Source of the DNA: Geosiphon pyriformis uo1
Lineage: Eukaryota > Fungi > Glomeromycota
Assembly (NCBI GenBank): GCA_016748015.1
Contig: JAAOMT010000761.1
Location: 1-47,513, forward strand
Length of the DNA: 47,513 bases
Direction: 5' to 3'
Shown here: positions 10,469 through 24,825 of the stretch, in pieces
How the letters are laid out: the number at the start of each line of letters is the position of its first letter
Numbering within the stretch: position 1 is the first letter of the stretch
Notes under the pieces: model-generated
Databases searched by the model: none
Told to the model about the DNA's origin: nothing
Seen by the model: only the letters and a program-made list of their open reading frames with translations
Position numbers and translations under genes: made by a program

Positions 10469-12520
10469 CCACTCTTAGAAATTTCTACAGTGAACTATTA
10501 CAAAGTATTATACTTCTATCAAATTATCTGTTTATATTATTAATTACAAAAATAAACAAAAAAATTAAGAATTACATTTAACAAAAATTTTTTATTATCT
10601 TTACAGACAAAAAAAAATTACAAATTTTAGCAAAACCACCTACTTGGAAGAAACTAAGAATTGTTTTATTTATTAATTTGTTATCCTATTATATACCAGA
10701 AAGTATTATCTACATACCATTAGAATTTACATTACCATTAGCTACAAAAACACTATTAACAAAAGTACTATTCTAAAATAATCAAGAGAAAACAAAATTA
10801 TTAGGAATCTACAGCAATTTTTTTGAAGGATTTAAATTACAACTAACAATACTATTAGGACTTCAATTACTGTCAATTCAACCAAATTTTGGATCTACTA
10901 GTTATTAAAAAGATACCAAATTAAAAAAAAAAAAACAGCAATCAGAGAAATAATATTTAAAATCTAATTCCAATCAATCTAGAAATTATAACTCTGATTG
11001 TTCAAACTCTGCAAAATCTGAACAATTCAAACCCTACTCCCATTATTTACCAAGACTTATTTTTAATTATTATTATTAATCTACCAGTTGCACTAATTAC
11101 TACATAACAACAATCTCAATAACAACTATAACAACAACCACTACCACTATTACTATTACTACTAATACTAATGACCTATATATCAATTATAAAACTTGAG
11201 AAGTTTATTAACAAAGAAAACAACACCTAAGTATGGCTGAATAATATAGCAAAAATTATTACAACCAACAGATAGAATGGCACCAAAGCTTTTCAAGCAA
11301 TTTTTTATTTTTTATAAAATATTACCAATTCATAATATCAAAATTTTGTAAACAAATCTCAAAATTTTGATGCATTTAAAATCACATTTCTTCAGTATTT
11401 TAATAATAACAATATTATTAATTGTTTGTTAACTAGCTTTATTACTATTAAACAAGATAATACTGAAGCAGTTATTACTTACTTGGAATGCTTTTACAGG
11501 AATCTGTATTAAATTTAGGCAATTTAAGCTAATTATTTTACAACAGCACAAATTTTAAACCAGTTTATTCATGAATTATAGAGTAGTTTTTTACAATAAG
11601 TATGTTCAATACATCTAAATACTTTCCAAAATGCAGTTATATACACCCAAAATTTTGAATCAGCTGAATTTGAAGCCAATTATACTCAAGCTGTAAATTT
11701 AGTAATGAACAGATTATCTGAATTAAATACCAAATTAATGCAATTTGGTAAAGCCATTAATCAAAAAATTGAAGAATACTTAGCTAACAATTAAGGCATT
11801 TATCAGTTTCTACAATATTGTGAAAATCAAGAAAATTTTATCTATTTCCAGAATTAGTCATATTTAATACTATTATTATTGACAAATTAATCATAACAAC
11901 AAGAGATATGTAATTACTATTATTGTAGTAAACAAAACTATCTAAAAGCAAATTGCTACTTCAAATTCAATAACCAACAATTAGAAAATCAATATCAAAA
12001 CTTTAATTGCAGATTTCAAACTCTGAATTATACTCTAAATTAAGAACAATATCAGTATTAGCCTTTTTATACTTCAATAATACAACAATCAATATACTTA
12101 TCTCTAGTTTATTAAACTTTAACACCAATAATATATTAACTACAGCCACAAATAATTTATCAATTCCAACAAATTCAAACACCACTTCAAAATACTGTAT
12201 TAACATTAAACAAAAACCAAAGACCAAAAATTATCTATACACAACAGAACTAGAGATTGGCAATAATTATGTACCAACCAATTTTCAGCTTATCAAACCA
12301 ATTATTAGGATTATGTCCAAGAAATTCGAAAAGTAGGTACACCCAAAACCCAAATTTTCAGAACTATTTAAATTTTCTAGCCACCTTAGCAAACAACTTA
12401 TTTAGTAACTTAAAAACCCAGAAAATACTTATCAACAATATTCTATTTATTACTATCATAGAAAACAAATTGTTTACTGTAATATTTTTTTTTAAACTGA
12501 AAAAACCAGTAACCAAATCT
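10469..12520 (+). pseudogene. Heavily decayed gag of a family B Gypsy element
   Basis: Capsid-like peptides TIKQDNTEAVITYL, AQILNQFIH and FESAEFEANYTQAVNLVMN, plus a decayed knuckle near 11910-11960; an inverted paralog lies at 14650-16420. Confidence 0.75.
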
Positions 12521-13875
12521 TAAAATATGTTTTAATAAAAACAGCAAATATATCTTTAATTATCAATATTTCCAAATTGAAAAAACACTGTATCAACAGA
12601 AACTAAAACTTAAAACAATTAATCTTACTTTTAAAGCTATACAAAAGCAAATACACAACAAATTCAAAACAATAACTGGATTAACAAATACTCACTACAA
12701 ACTCAGAGCAGCTTTAAAACTCTACAACTTATTCAACACTTGTGAAAATATCTTACAAAATCTAATACTTTAACCAATAAAAATTTAATATATTAAAAAC
12801 CTTACAAAACTGAAATTTTAACAATTTTTAGACCAAATCACTTTAATAATCTTGAATCACTATCTTGAAATTACAAAAAATGCTTGAACTTTAATAAAGC
12901 TTAGTTTTGAGAAAAAGATTATGTTACCAATAAAATTTTAACTATTAAATAGCATAAAATTATTCTTATAATTCTTATTATATTTAGTATATATTAATAT
13001 TATTTTAATTATTACTTATTATTTTAACCAAATTATTAAATATCATTATTTAATTAATAACTTAATTTGTACAAATAGATTAAATTACACAATATTTTAA
13101 ACTATGTAATATTCAAAAATTTACTAAAATTTGTAAAAATTTGCCAAAATAATAAATAGTTCACCAAAATAGTTAATAGTTTGATAAAATAACTTGTAAT
13201 TTGTCAAAATTATAGCAAAAAAAAAGTTCAAGTTTATAGACTAGTATTATAACAAGTTGTATAAAAAAAGAGTTTTTTTCTTTAAAAAAATATATCTTAT
13301 TATAGATATTTTTCTTAGAAATATCTTTTTTTAGATTTATCTTACCAAGAATTATCTTACAGTACAAATTCAAAATAAAAAAAATATACTTTGAAAACCA
13401 ATTCTTAAAATAAGTACACTTAAAATTCCTTAAAACCCAACTAATATTTTGAAATTGATTAGTTATCAATTTTAGTAATCCATTAGTAACTCCAGGCCTA
13501 AATAGAAAAGTGATTCTTTTAACAAAATTTTATTTCTTTTATTTTTTTTTATTTTCTTAATATAATTATTAAGATAGTTTACAGACAAGATTTTTGTAAA
13601 AGAGTTGAATTTTATAGCAAAGTAACTACACATTTTTAATAAGCTTTCAAACAAGCAATTTCTGAGAAAGAGTTAATATTTATTATAAAATAACTATACA
13701 AAGTAATTGACACAGAATTGGCCATTTCACTTATAAGTCCAATAGTTCAAATTATAAAAAATAATTTGAAAATAAATTCAGTTATTAAAGATTTAACTAC
13801 TTCCAAAAAATGTGAATTTACAACAAATAGATATTAACAATATTTTAGAAAAGAAACCAAAAATCTTTGATAATA
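12520..13875 (+). mobile_element. Family A 3' end: ORF3 tail, PPT and 3' LTR (12922-13875)
   Basis: 12530-12900 matches the reverse complement of about 34750-35120; GAGAAAAAGA PPT followed by TGTTACCAA. Confidence 0.82.
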
Positions 13876-14535
13876 ATAAAAGACACTAAAAAATAATTAG
13901 AATAATTAATGATAAAGATATTGTGAAAAGATGTTATATTTGAATTAAAAACCAAAACTTCAATGTCATTTTAGCCATATTTAAAAAATTTATTAAGCAT
14001 GAATTGTTTCCTAATATTAAAATAATAAAAAAAACTATTAGTCTTATAACTATAATAAAATGGCTCAAAATTCTTAGTTATTTATTTCAATAATATTATT
14101 AAGACTTATATTATAATGAACATAAAAAAAATAATGTCTTGCAATTTCGAAAAAAATTTTTAGAAAAAATATATGAACATGAAAAGTATATGTCAAAGTA
14201 TAAAAGTGAATTTATAAATTAAATACATTTTAACTTATTTAATAGAGAAAAAAAAAGAGTTTTTGTAGTCTATAATAACAAGTATGACATATGAATTAAA
14301 CATAAAAATTTGCCACTAAGAAAAAAAGGAAATAAAAAATCAATTATGGCAATAAATTTCTAACTGAAATTCATGAACATTTATGTTTACAACAAAATAA
14401 TATAGAAAACTATTCTAATATACTAAAAAAGACACAATACTATTTACAATCTAATATAAATCAAAATAGTTATTGAATAGTGAAATGTAAAACAATTTCA
14501 ATTTTTGAGAAATTATATCCAAATTGTATAGTTAT
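13876..14535 (+). pseudogene. DNA-transposon DDE transposase remnant (IS630/Tc1/mariner-like), 5' part
   Basis: Decayed peptides KTISL..KWLKILSY, YYNEHKKNNVLQFRKKFLEK (resembles DGHER-D-V), LPLRKKGNKKSIM and IFEKLYPNC. Family assignment is from memory of fungal transposases. Confidence 0.6.
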
Positions 14536-17225
14536 TATTATAAGTAAATATTTGGGTGTTTAAAAAAATAACAAACTTATAACTTGGTGTTTAATAGCTA
14601 AGTATAATAGTAATTTCTGAAGATTTTGAAATCTAAAGATTTTGGTTGACTTTAAAAAGGAAGTTATTAATTTTATTAATAAGAGTTATTATTATTTTAT
14701 TGGCTGTAATAATTTTGACACTAGCAATATAATTAACTTAGTGATCTAATTGATCCATAAATTGTTATGTGATAATGCTGTCTGCTGATTTATTATTAAA
14801 AATTAGTTTAATTGATTGGCCATTGATTTTGACATCTATGTACATGGCTGTAATGAGTTTGATATTGAAAGCAGCTCCACTAAATAAAAATGTTATTGTG
14901 GCTTTTTCTAATTCAAAAAGAAATATGACTGTAAGTGGTTTATTTTTAGTAACTGTTGCTGGTAAAATATTATTGAAAAGTAATTGTTTTGAATGTTTTA
15001 AGTTGTTAAATTAAGCATTTTTTAAGGTAACTAAAAGACTTAAATAGTTTTGAGAATTTGGGTTTTGAATATACCTATTTCCCAAACTTTATTATTGTGA
15101 TTTTGATGACTGGTTTAATAAACTGAGAATTGGTTAGTGTATTATCATTGCCAATTTTCAGTTTTATTGTGTATACATAATTTTCAGTCTTTGATTTTCA
15201 GTTAATATTAACACAGTATTTTAGAACAGTGCTTAAATTTATTGGAATTAATAAATTATTTATGGCTGTAGTTAATAGATTACTTGTGGCTACAGTTAAT
15301 AAATTACCAGTACTAAAGCTTGATATATTAGAGATATATATATAAATTGCTATATTATTGGTTGATATAGAGTTTGATGTTGATATTGTTCTTAATTCTG
15401 GATATAATTTAAAGTTTGAAACCAGTGATCAAAGTTTCTATATTAATTTTTTAATTGTTAATTATTTAATTTGGTTTTATAATCTATTTTTAGATGTCTT
15501 TGTTATTACAGTAGTAGTAATTATGTGTTTTTTATTATTATAATTAATTTGCTAATAATAAACACAATTGATTTTAGAAGCAATTAAAGTTTCTTTGATT
15601 TTACAATATTATATAAGCTAATAGATTGCTGGATTGTTAACTAAGTATTTCTAATTTTTGGTTAATCGAATTACTAAATTGTTTCAGCTTAGAATTCAAT
15701 TCAAATAATCTATTTATGATTAAATTTATGATTTGGGCATAGTTGGGTTTGAGTTTTGCCAATTTAAAATCTCTAACATAAGTGACTATATCTTAAAGAG
15801 TATTTGGATATATTAGACATATTTATTGTAACAAACTACTGTGTAATCTGTAAGTAAATTAATTCAAAATTTGTGATACTATAAAGTAGTTAGCATTAAT
15901 TGCTTGAATTTGGTGCAGATTTTAATAAAAATATTCTAAGTAAATAGTAACTGCTTCTGTGTTTTCTTGTTTAATTATGATTGTTGCTAATTGGCAATTG
16001 GTGCTACTAGTAGTAAATTAATTAAGATAACTAAAGATAAATTTTTAGGAAAAATAAGAGCTAAATTTAGATTGTTTAGATTTGATAGAGTTTAAACAAT
16101 TGGAGTTTGAACTTCTGGGTTATTTGGGATCAGGTTTTAATTATTATTTTCCTAATCATTGTTTTTTTTTCAACTTGGTGTTTGTCCAATTGCTGGTGAA
16201 TTTGAAATTTGGTTAAAATAGTAATTATTAAAGTCCTGATAAAGTTTTTGTTTATAATTTAAGTTCTTTAAAAAAATTGTTATAGGTTCTTAATAATTTG
16301 GCTTTTTTTTTATTATTTTGGAATAATACTCTAAATAATAATGTTTTCATCATTAACAGTGATATTGATTTGAATGATTGCTATTAGTACTGATTCTCTG
16401 TTGAATTATATCTTATAAAAAGCATTAAATATTATAAGTAATTATTTAGAGTGTTTAAATAAATAACAAACCCATAACTTGGTGCTTAATAGTTAAATAT
16501 GATAGTAATTTCTGAAGATTTGGTTAAGTTTTTTGTATAATAAACAAAGATTCAATTAATAATTTTTTCTATAAATTTCTTTTTTTAGTGTAGTGGCCAG
16601 TTTATTTTAATAGTTATGCTTTTTTAATAAGCTATTTTTAAGTTTTTTATTTTTGTTTTCAGGTCTTTTACCTATTTTTAACATTAATAATTCAATGCTT
16701 AATTTCTTTAATTAATTAATAACAACAAAAAAATAAAATAAAAAAATAAAAAAAAATAAAAAATTAGTATTTTATCAATAGCCATAATTAAGAACTATTG
16801 GTTTAATATAATTAAATATTAAATTCTATTAACATAAAGTATTAATAGTATGGAAGTAATTAATATTTTTTTAATCAAATAATAATAACATAGATTTAAG
16901 TAATAATAAATATTTTATTAGTATAAATATGATTCCATTTTAAGTTATAGAAAGCTATCTTTTAAAATATTCTAAAGTATCTGTACTATTTTTTCTGTTT
17001 TTAACACTTTCATTATATATATATAATTCTTATTATATGAGATTTTTGAAATTTTGCAATTTTTTTAAAAAAAATTCTGAAATTTTGGGATTCTGAAATC
17101 CTGCAATTTCTTAAAAAAAATCCTGAAATTTTTCTGTTTACTATGCTTATTTCTGATTGGCTATTTTATTTATTTATTATAATTCCTAATTTCTATAAAT
17201 AATACCATATTTGTTTTTAATAATA
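14536..17225 (-). mobile_element. Internally deleted family B element: 5' LTR (16430-17225), PBS, decayed gag, terminal LTR fragment (14536 to about 14650)
   Basis: The LTR-B 3' end motif (CATAACTTGGTGC..AATAG..AA) occurs at both about 14580 and about 16475; the gag is homologous to 10469-12520. Confidence 0.75.
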
Positions 17226-17513
17226 GCTTTAATATTTTTTTTGGATTAGATAATCAATTACAATCAATAATTTTTTTAGAAACATATTCAGATAAAAAAC
17301 TTCAAAAATTGCTTAAAAGAATAAACAAGTATTAATAGAATGAAGAAAATGGTCATCAAAAAAATTAGTATTAGAATGTCAAAAATACAAAGAAAAAATC
17401 AAAAATTTTTTAAGAGTTTCTTGTTGTGTATGTCAAATAATATTTTTGAAATCTGATTTTCTTGTTCAAAAAATACAATTGAAAAATTAATCTAAAGTAT
17501 AAAACATAAGTGC
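17226..17513 (+). pseudogene. DDE transposase remnant, downstream part
   Basis: FFGLDNQLQS, LVLECQK, RVSCC, DFLVQKNTIEKLI and KHKC; continues the 13876-14535 remnant across the LTR insertion. Confidence 0.55.
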
Positions 17514-20500
17514 TGTTATTTAATAGAATTTAGTTATTAATTAGCATGAAATTATTTTTATAATTGATATTATTAATTAGCATATATTAATATCATTTCA
17601 AATTATAACTTATTATTTAATCAAATTCTTGAATATTATTATTTAATTAATAATTTGATTTGTATAATAGAAATTAAGATGATCAAATTATACAATATCT
17701 TAAATTATGTAACATTTAAAAATTCGCTGAAATTTGTAGAAATTTATCAAAATTATGAATAGTTCACTAAAATTACAAATAATTTACCAAAATAACTTGT
17801 AATTTACCAAAATATATCTTTAGTTTGTCAAAATTATAGCAAAAGAAAAAGTCAAGTTCATAGATTAGTATTACAACAAGTTGTATAAAAGAAAAGCTTT
17901 TCTCTTCAAAAAAATATATCTTTTATTAGAATCATCTTATCATAGATATCTTTTTTACTTCTTTAAAAAAAAAATCAAATAAAAACCAAATACTTGAAAA
18001 CCAAATTTTTTAATTAAAAATTGCACTTAAAATTCCTTAAAAACTCTACTAACATTTTAAAATTGATTAGCCACCAATTTTAGTAAACTGTTAGTAACTC
18101 CAGATTTAAACCACAAAATAATTCCCTTTACAAAATTTTAATTCTTTTATATTTCTTTTATTTTCTTTTATTTTTATTATTATAATTATTAGAGTAGTCT
18201 ACAAACAAAATTCTTGTAAAAGAATTGACTTTTACTACAAAGTAACTACACAATTTTAGTAAGCTTTTAGACAACCAATTCCTGAGAAAAAGCTGACATT
18301 TATTACAATATAACTACATAAAATAATTAACACAAAATTGGCTATTCTACTTATAAGTCTAGCAGTTCAAATTATAGAAGATAATTTAAAGAGTAAATTC
18401 AGTTATCAAAGATTTAATTACTTCTAGAAAACATAAATTCACAGCAATTAAGTATTAACAACATTCAAGAAAAGAGACCAAAAATCTGGTAACATTTGGT
18501 ATTCTTCAACAGAAATAATACAGCAACAACAAATTCAAAGTGGTAACTATAATTGACATAACAACTCTAGAATATTATCAATTAATTTATACTTACTGCA
18601 AGCAAAAATTTAACATCCAAAACAGAATTGAAGTTTTTAAAAAATCACTTTTTTAATATATTGAGAACTACATTAACAATTACTTTTTTGAAAATTATAA
18701 CATTTCAGAAATCAGAAACAACTTGTATGAAAATTTGTTGTACTATTCACACTTAGGAACAAAAGACTTTAATAGTAAAATACTTAATACTTACTTTCAA
18801 GAATTCAACTTCAATATCATTCAATACTGTGAAGAAAAATACTCAGTATAGTCTAAATTTTTATTGGACATTGACTCAGAACTTAAAACAAGTAAAAAAA
18901 AAACATCCAACCAATTTAAACAACACCTAACACACTGAATACAACTTTTAAATACTTACAAATATCTGAACAAAAAACCAGTTCAAAATTACTACTTTTT
19001 GTTATTTTATTTCCAATTTTATTTGCTTAATTGCAAACACTAAGTTTATCTCTTATCTAATTTTCAAGACCAGAAAATTTCACCACACCAAAAAGTCCTA
19101 TTTAACAACCAGAATTGATATCTACTAATACCAATTTTTTTAGAAAACCAAAGCAATCACTCTGATAATAGCAAAGACACTTCTGAATCCACAGGGAAAA
19201 AAATCACTAAAAATAAAGACATAAACAAAATGGCAACTACCTACATCACAAAAATTACTGAATTTACTAGAGAAGATGTTGACACTAGTCCATAAGAATG
19301 GCTTGGCAAAGTCCAACAAGCAAGTAATACAAATAGATGGATTACTACCAAATTGCTCAAAGCTATTTCTTATTTTTTTCAAGAAACTGCAAACAAATAA
19401 TTTGAAAACTTGGCTGAACTTTTTAAAAACTGGCAAACATTCTAAACTGCTTTTCTGAAACAATTTACAGACAACAATACTTTCATTATACTCTAAAACT
19501 AATTCTGAAATATCAAGCAAAAACCATCTAAATTCATTATAACTTATTTTGAGAAGTTTAACAAATTACTCTAATGAATTTAACAATTGGAAACCAATGA
19601 ATACTATTCCAATATCCAGATTTTGGATCAGTTTATTGCAAGATTAAAAGATAAACTTATTAAAAAAGTTTACCCACATGCTCTAGAAGACTTAGCTACA
19701 GTCATTTGACATGCAAAAAACTATAAAATAGTAATAAAAGAAGCAAACTGCACCAAATTTATCAATCTTGCAATTAAAAAAACCAGTTCAATAGCTGAAA
19801 AAAAGATTGATCAACTTATAAAAAAAGTAAAAAACTATTTTACAAATCAACAACAGCAGCAACAACAAAAATACCAGTCATCTTAATAGTAATTTTAAAA
19901 CAACTATATATTATTATCAAACAACCAATTCCAAAGTTGTTATTATTGTGGAATTCCAGAACACTAAAAACAAGATTGCAGGAAAATGCAAAGAGACCAA
20001 CAATTTAAGAATAATTAATGTTATTTCCAATCTCAACAATTTTATTATCAATTTTTATTACCAGCTTATTACTTTTTAAGATCTCAACAACAGAATAATT
20101 ACTATTAATTTGCACTATAACAACAATATCAACAACTTTTATAGGTTTAACAATATCAGATATTACTCACTCAACAATATCAAGTACTAGCCAAAAAACT
20201 GGTCAACAAAATCAATTTATATCACAAAACCGTTTTTTAACAAACAACAACAGATTTAACCTCAACAATTAACTAATTTCCTAAAATTCTGTTCAGCAAA
20301 GATCTAATTAATTTTACATCCAATTTAGTTATCTAATGATGCCAGAAGAATCAAATTTTCAACAAACTGCACTTTTTGAAAATAAAACTACAGCACTAAA
20401 ACAAAATCTTTTTAGCAATACAATTCCATCAGCCAGAATTGCCCAAATTGCCAATTTTTCAGATATATTTTCATTTGAATTTGAAGCAAATGAATCATTA

Positions 20501-21113
20501 TTCTTACTTAGCAATACAACAGTCAATAAGCAAAAAGCAATCACAGTTATATACATAGAAGCCAAGGTAGAAAGAAAACCAATTTATTTAATCTTAAACA
20601 ATAGATCTGCTAAAAGTATCATTACTTATCAGTTGATGCAACAACTCAAATGAAATGTTGACCAACCAGCTCAAATGATTATTGTTACAGCTAATAGTAT
20701 AAAGAAAACTTTAATAAAAAAAATTGACAATTTTTTTTATAATTGATGGAATCATTATTCTAGTTAAAATTTTTGTTATAAATACACCTCAATACCAAGC
20801 CATCATTGAAAATGACTGGCTTTTTAAAGCCAATACAAATCTAGATTGAGAGACTTAGAAATTAAAGATCTTATATCAAAAACAATACACCAAAGTATCT
20901 GCTACTTATAGTACTTTTAACAAACAATTAGAAAAAGCCTCAGTATTTGAATTTAAAAAAAAAAAAAATTGCCAATTACTGAAACATATATGGCTCTTTG
21001 ATTAACATCCAATTGGACAAAAGAAGCAAAACAATAAATTTTAAAAAAATCTAAAAAATAAAATATTGTTCATTACTTTACACCCAAATCACGAAAAAAA
21101 CCACTTTATATTC
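17514..21113 (+). mobile_element. Family A 5' part: LTR (17514-18494), PBS, decayed gag-protease
   Basis: The LTR ends CTGGTAACA, followed by TTTGGTATTCTTC. ORF 20336-20653 is homologous to 1650-1982 (protease motif decayed to LILNNRS). Confidence 0.88.
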
Positions 21114-22858
21114 TAAGATAGAACAACAAAATCTTAGCCAAAGCAGCATATAGTAATTGACTAAAATCATACTATCATATAGTATTATTATCTACTAATA
21201 ATATTCCACAATTGGGAGTACAACAAATACTAGTTCAACCAGATGAGATTTCATGAGATCTGAAACTAATTATAATCATTAAATCAAATATGTCAAATTG
21301 AACAACCAAAAAAAGTATATAAAAACATAGTATACATGACAAAAACAACAAAAAAAATAGAAATACCAAATCATATTCATACCTTAGCACAACAATTGTT
21401 TCAGACTTTAAGTCAACAGCAATTAAATATGAAAATTGTCATTAACTACCAAACAATCTGTTATCAAAACACCAAACAAAAAAGAAAAAGTACACCATAC
21501 TAGCAACCACAAAAACAATCAAGAAACTGGTCAAATAAAATAGTAAAAAAAGTAAAAAACACTTTTGGGAAAATATCTATTATGATTCCAACAGAAAAAC
21601 TTTCAAAAAAAAATTGAAAACAATGAACAGAACAACTTCCAATACCATATTGCTATTATCAGTTGGAACAAAAGTTGAACATTCAGAAATTATATCTTGA
21701 TAAAGCCAAAAAAATATTCAATCAAAAAATAATACAGAATATTGAAAATATTATCAAAAAGAAGACAAATCTAACACTGCACATTAGAATAATCTATCAA
21801 CTATACATAATATTTCAAAATTACTCAGAAATATTGTTACATTTTAAAATGGAAACAATTATCATTAACCAATAAGAAAAAATGAACAATGTACAAATCA
21901 AAAATATAAGAAACAAAGTTGAACAAACAGTATTAGAAAAAAAAATATTAGACCTAATTCAAAGTGAAAATTTTAATAGAACTCAATATTAAAAAGAGAA
22001 AATAATATTACTCATAAAAAAAACATATAAAGAAAAATAGTAAGAAAACAGATAGACCAATAGAAAAGTAGTAGTTAATATGTAAACATATTGCTCAGTA
22101 GTGTAGAGCAATGTCAGAAATTACAGCATATTGCTCAGCAATATAGAGCAATGTTAGAAAATTAAGGCATATTGTTTAGCAATATAAGCATTGCTTAAGA
22201 AATTATAGCACATTACTTAAGAATGTGAGTGATCTTATAGAACCTAAATTATGTATATATAGCAAGAGCATTAAAAACAGAAAAGACAGAATCATACCAA
22301 TATCTCCTTATTACCCTATCTTTAGTAGAATTATTAATATCAATAAATAATTATTCACTATCTAAATCATTTTTTCTATTATTAACACTTCATGTTGATA
22401 GTATTGAATACTTGATTACACTGAAACAATAGCTTTTGATTATGGCTATTAATGAGATACTAATTTTATTGCTTTGGCTTATATTTTATTTTTCTGAATT
22501 TTCTTTTGTATTGTATTTCTTTTGTTGTTTACTAATTGATTAAAAATTAAGCACTGAGTTATTAATATTATAGATAGCCTAGTAAAAAACCCAAATAGAA
22601 GAGTACAGAGTGAGAATTGGATAGCTTATTAGAAGGGCACAACTATCAGAATAAACCAGCCACCAAGCTGAAAAAAAATTGGGAAACTTATCACAAAAAA
22701 ATTGCACAATATCAAATCTTTGTCTATTATACAAAAAACTTTAATTAAAACCTTCAGATAATCAAAACCTTCAGATAAATATTAACAACATTAAGTGAAT
22801 TAGCACCAAGTTACGGGTTTGTTATTTGATTTGAGACTCCAAATAATTACTTATAACA
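21114..22858 (+). mobile_element. Family B 3' end: integrase tail, ORF3, PPT, LTR (22006-22858)
   Basis: KILAKAAYSN integrase tail; ORF3 peptide PYCYYQLEQKLNIQ; a purine tract followed by TATTACTC...TATAACA. Confidence 0.82.
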
Positions 22859-24268
22859 ATGTACTGGCACAACAACTTTTCCAACTAATTCAACAATAAA
22901 AGATAGAAATTACAATTAACCAACAAACTATTTAATATAAAAATACAAGAAAAAAACCCTAATATAAAGTACAGAAAAAATCAAAAAACATTATTGACAA
23001 GATTATATTAAAAGTAAAAATGGCAATAAAAGTATAAACAAAAGTCATATCTTACCAAAAATTGACCAAAAAAACTTAGAACTAGTGGATACAACAATTT
23101 CCAAGAAACTTTTGTTATTTTTACTTAGAACAATATTTGAACATTTAGAACTTATATATGGATAAAACAAAATGATTATTTGATACAAAAATACTACAAC
23201 AACTTGAACAATTTGTGAAAAAAAACAATCTAGCCACATAAGCATGAGCAATATATTAATTACAAATTGGATTCCAAGACTAACCAGAAATACTACTTAA
23301 TCCAGAAATAAATACAGTTACTACTAATCAAATGGGTAAGATGACCAATACCTAATTTAAAAAATTACAGACCAAAATAATACAAGTAATTCTTAAAAAA
23401 AAAGTTCAAGATATAATTTAATCTGGAGAATTAAAAAAGTTAGAAGATTTCAACAGAGCTTAATATTAATAGGAGAGAATAATATTACTCATAAAATATA
23501 AGAATCATACTAGTATATAAATTAACCAATCAGAAGTAGATATAGTAAATAGGGAATTCCAGAATTCTTCTTAGAGAAATTACAGAATTTCAGAATTCCA
23601 GAATTCTTATATAAAGAATTATAAAATTCCAGATTTCCAGAATTTCTGGTGCAAAGAATTGAAAAATTGAGAATCTCAATTATATATATATAGTGATAAC
23701 ATTAGAAACAGAAAAAACAGACATCTGAGTTCTACTTTTTAGTTAGCATCCATATATTCACACTATCAATAAATATACTTATTATATTAATCCAATTGTC
23801 TACTATCAACTCTTTATGTTAATAGTAACTTATACTTAACTATACTAAAACAATAGCTTTTAATCATGGCTATTAATAGAATATTAACTTGCCTTGGCTT
23901 AATCTCTTTATTTTCTTTATTTTTCTTTTATTTTTGTTTTATTGTTTACTAAATTAAATAAGAATTAAGTACTGAATTGTTGATGTTAAAAGACTGATAA
24001 AAGATCCAAAAACAAGAGTAGAAATTCATAGAATTAAAAATAGCTTATTAGGGGATTACCAGCTATTATGCTAAGAAAAAAATTTGATGGAATTGTGATT
24101 CTGAAAGGCTATTAAAAACAACTTTTAAATCTCTGTTCATTATACAAAAAACTCAAACCCAAAACCTTCAGATCATAAAATCTTTAGATATTATTATCAT
24201 ATTAGCTATTAAGCACTAAGTTATAAATTTGTTATTTGCTTTGAAACCCCAAATAATCCTCTGTAACA
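22859..24268 (+). mobile_element. Second family B 3' end: ORF3 remnant, PPT, LTR (23483-24268)
   Basis: VLAQQLFQLIQQ..IEITIN (ORF3-like); AGGAGAGAA PPT; TATTACTC...CTGTAACA. Confidence 0.82.
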
Positions 24269-24825
24269 TAGTTTACTAATCTTGTTTTCTAATAATATTA
24301 AATTTAAATAAGAGTTTTAATATTAGTTTTAATATGTATAACTTATGTTATTTTTTTCAAATATTAATATAAAACTATAGTATTGTTTTAACTGATTAAA
24401 TAATTAGTTATATATAAACAATACATAATTTATACTTAGTTTAAATTAAGTTATTTAATATATTATACTAAGCTGTATTTAGATTTTACTTATTAAAAAA
24501 TAATAATAAAAATTTATAATATAAAAGTAGTTTTTTTTATAAAGTTGTCAAAATTTATTTTATTTTTTATTAGATAAATAATTATTTATATTTACTATAA
24601 TAATTAAAAAATATTGTTTAAAATACAACAAAAATAACTTAAATTTTATTAAATTTAATTTTTTGTTTTTTATTAAAACTTTAAAAAACTTCTTTTTTTT
24701 TTTCATCCCAAATTCTTAAAAAAGAGTCAAAAGTTTTTTGAAAGAAGTTTTTTACAATTAAGTACAATAAATCTAAACTCTTTATTCTTGACTATGAGGT
24801 CACTATTGACTGTAGTATTGCTGTC

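Noticed and set aside
17510-22862. GTGC/ATGT as the TSD of a single element
   Set aside because: The left flank is transposase, the right flank is ORF3, and the two LTRs belong to different families; the match is coincidental.
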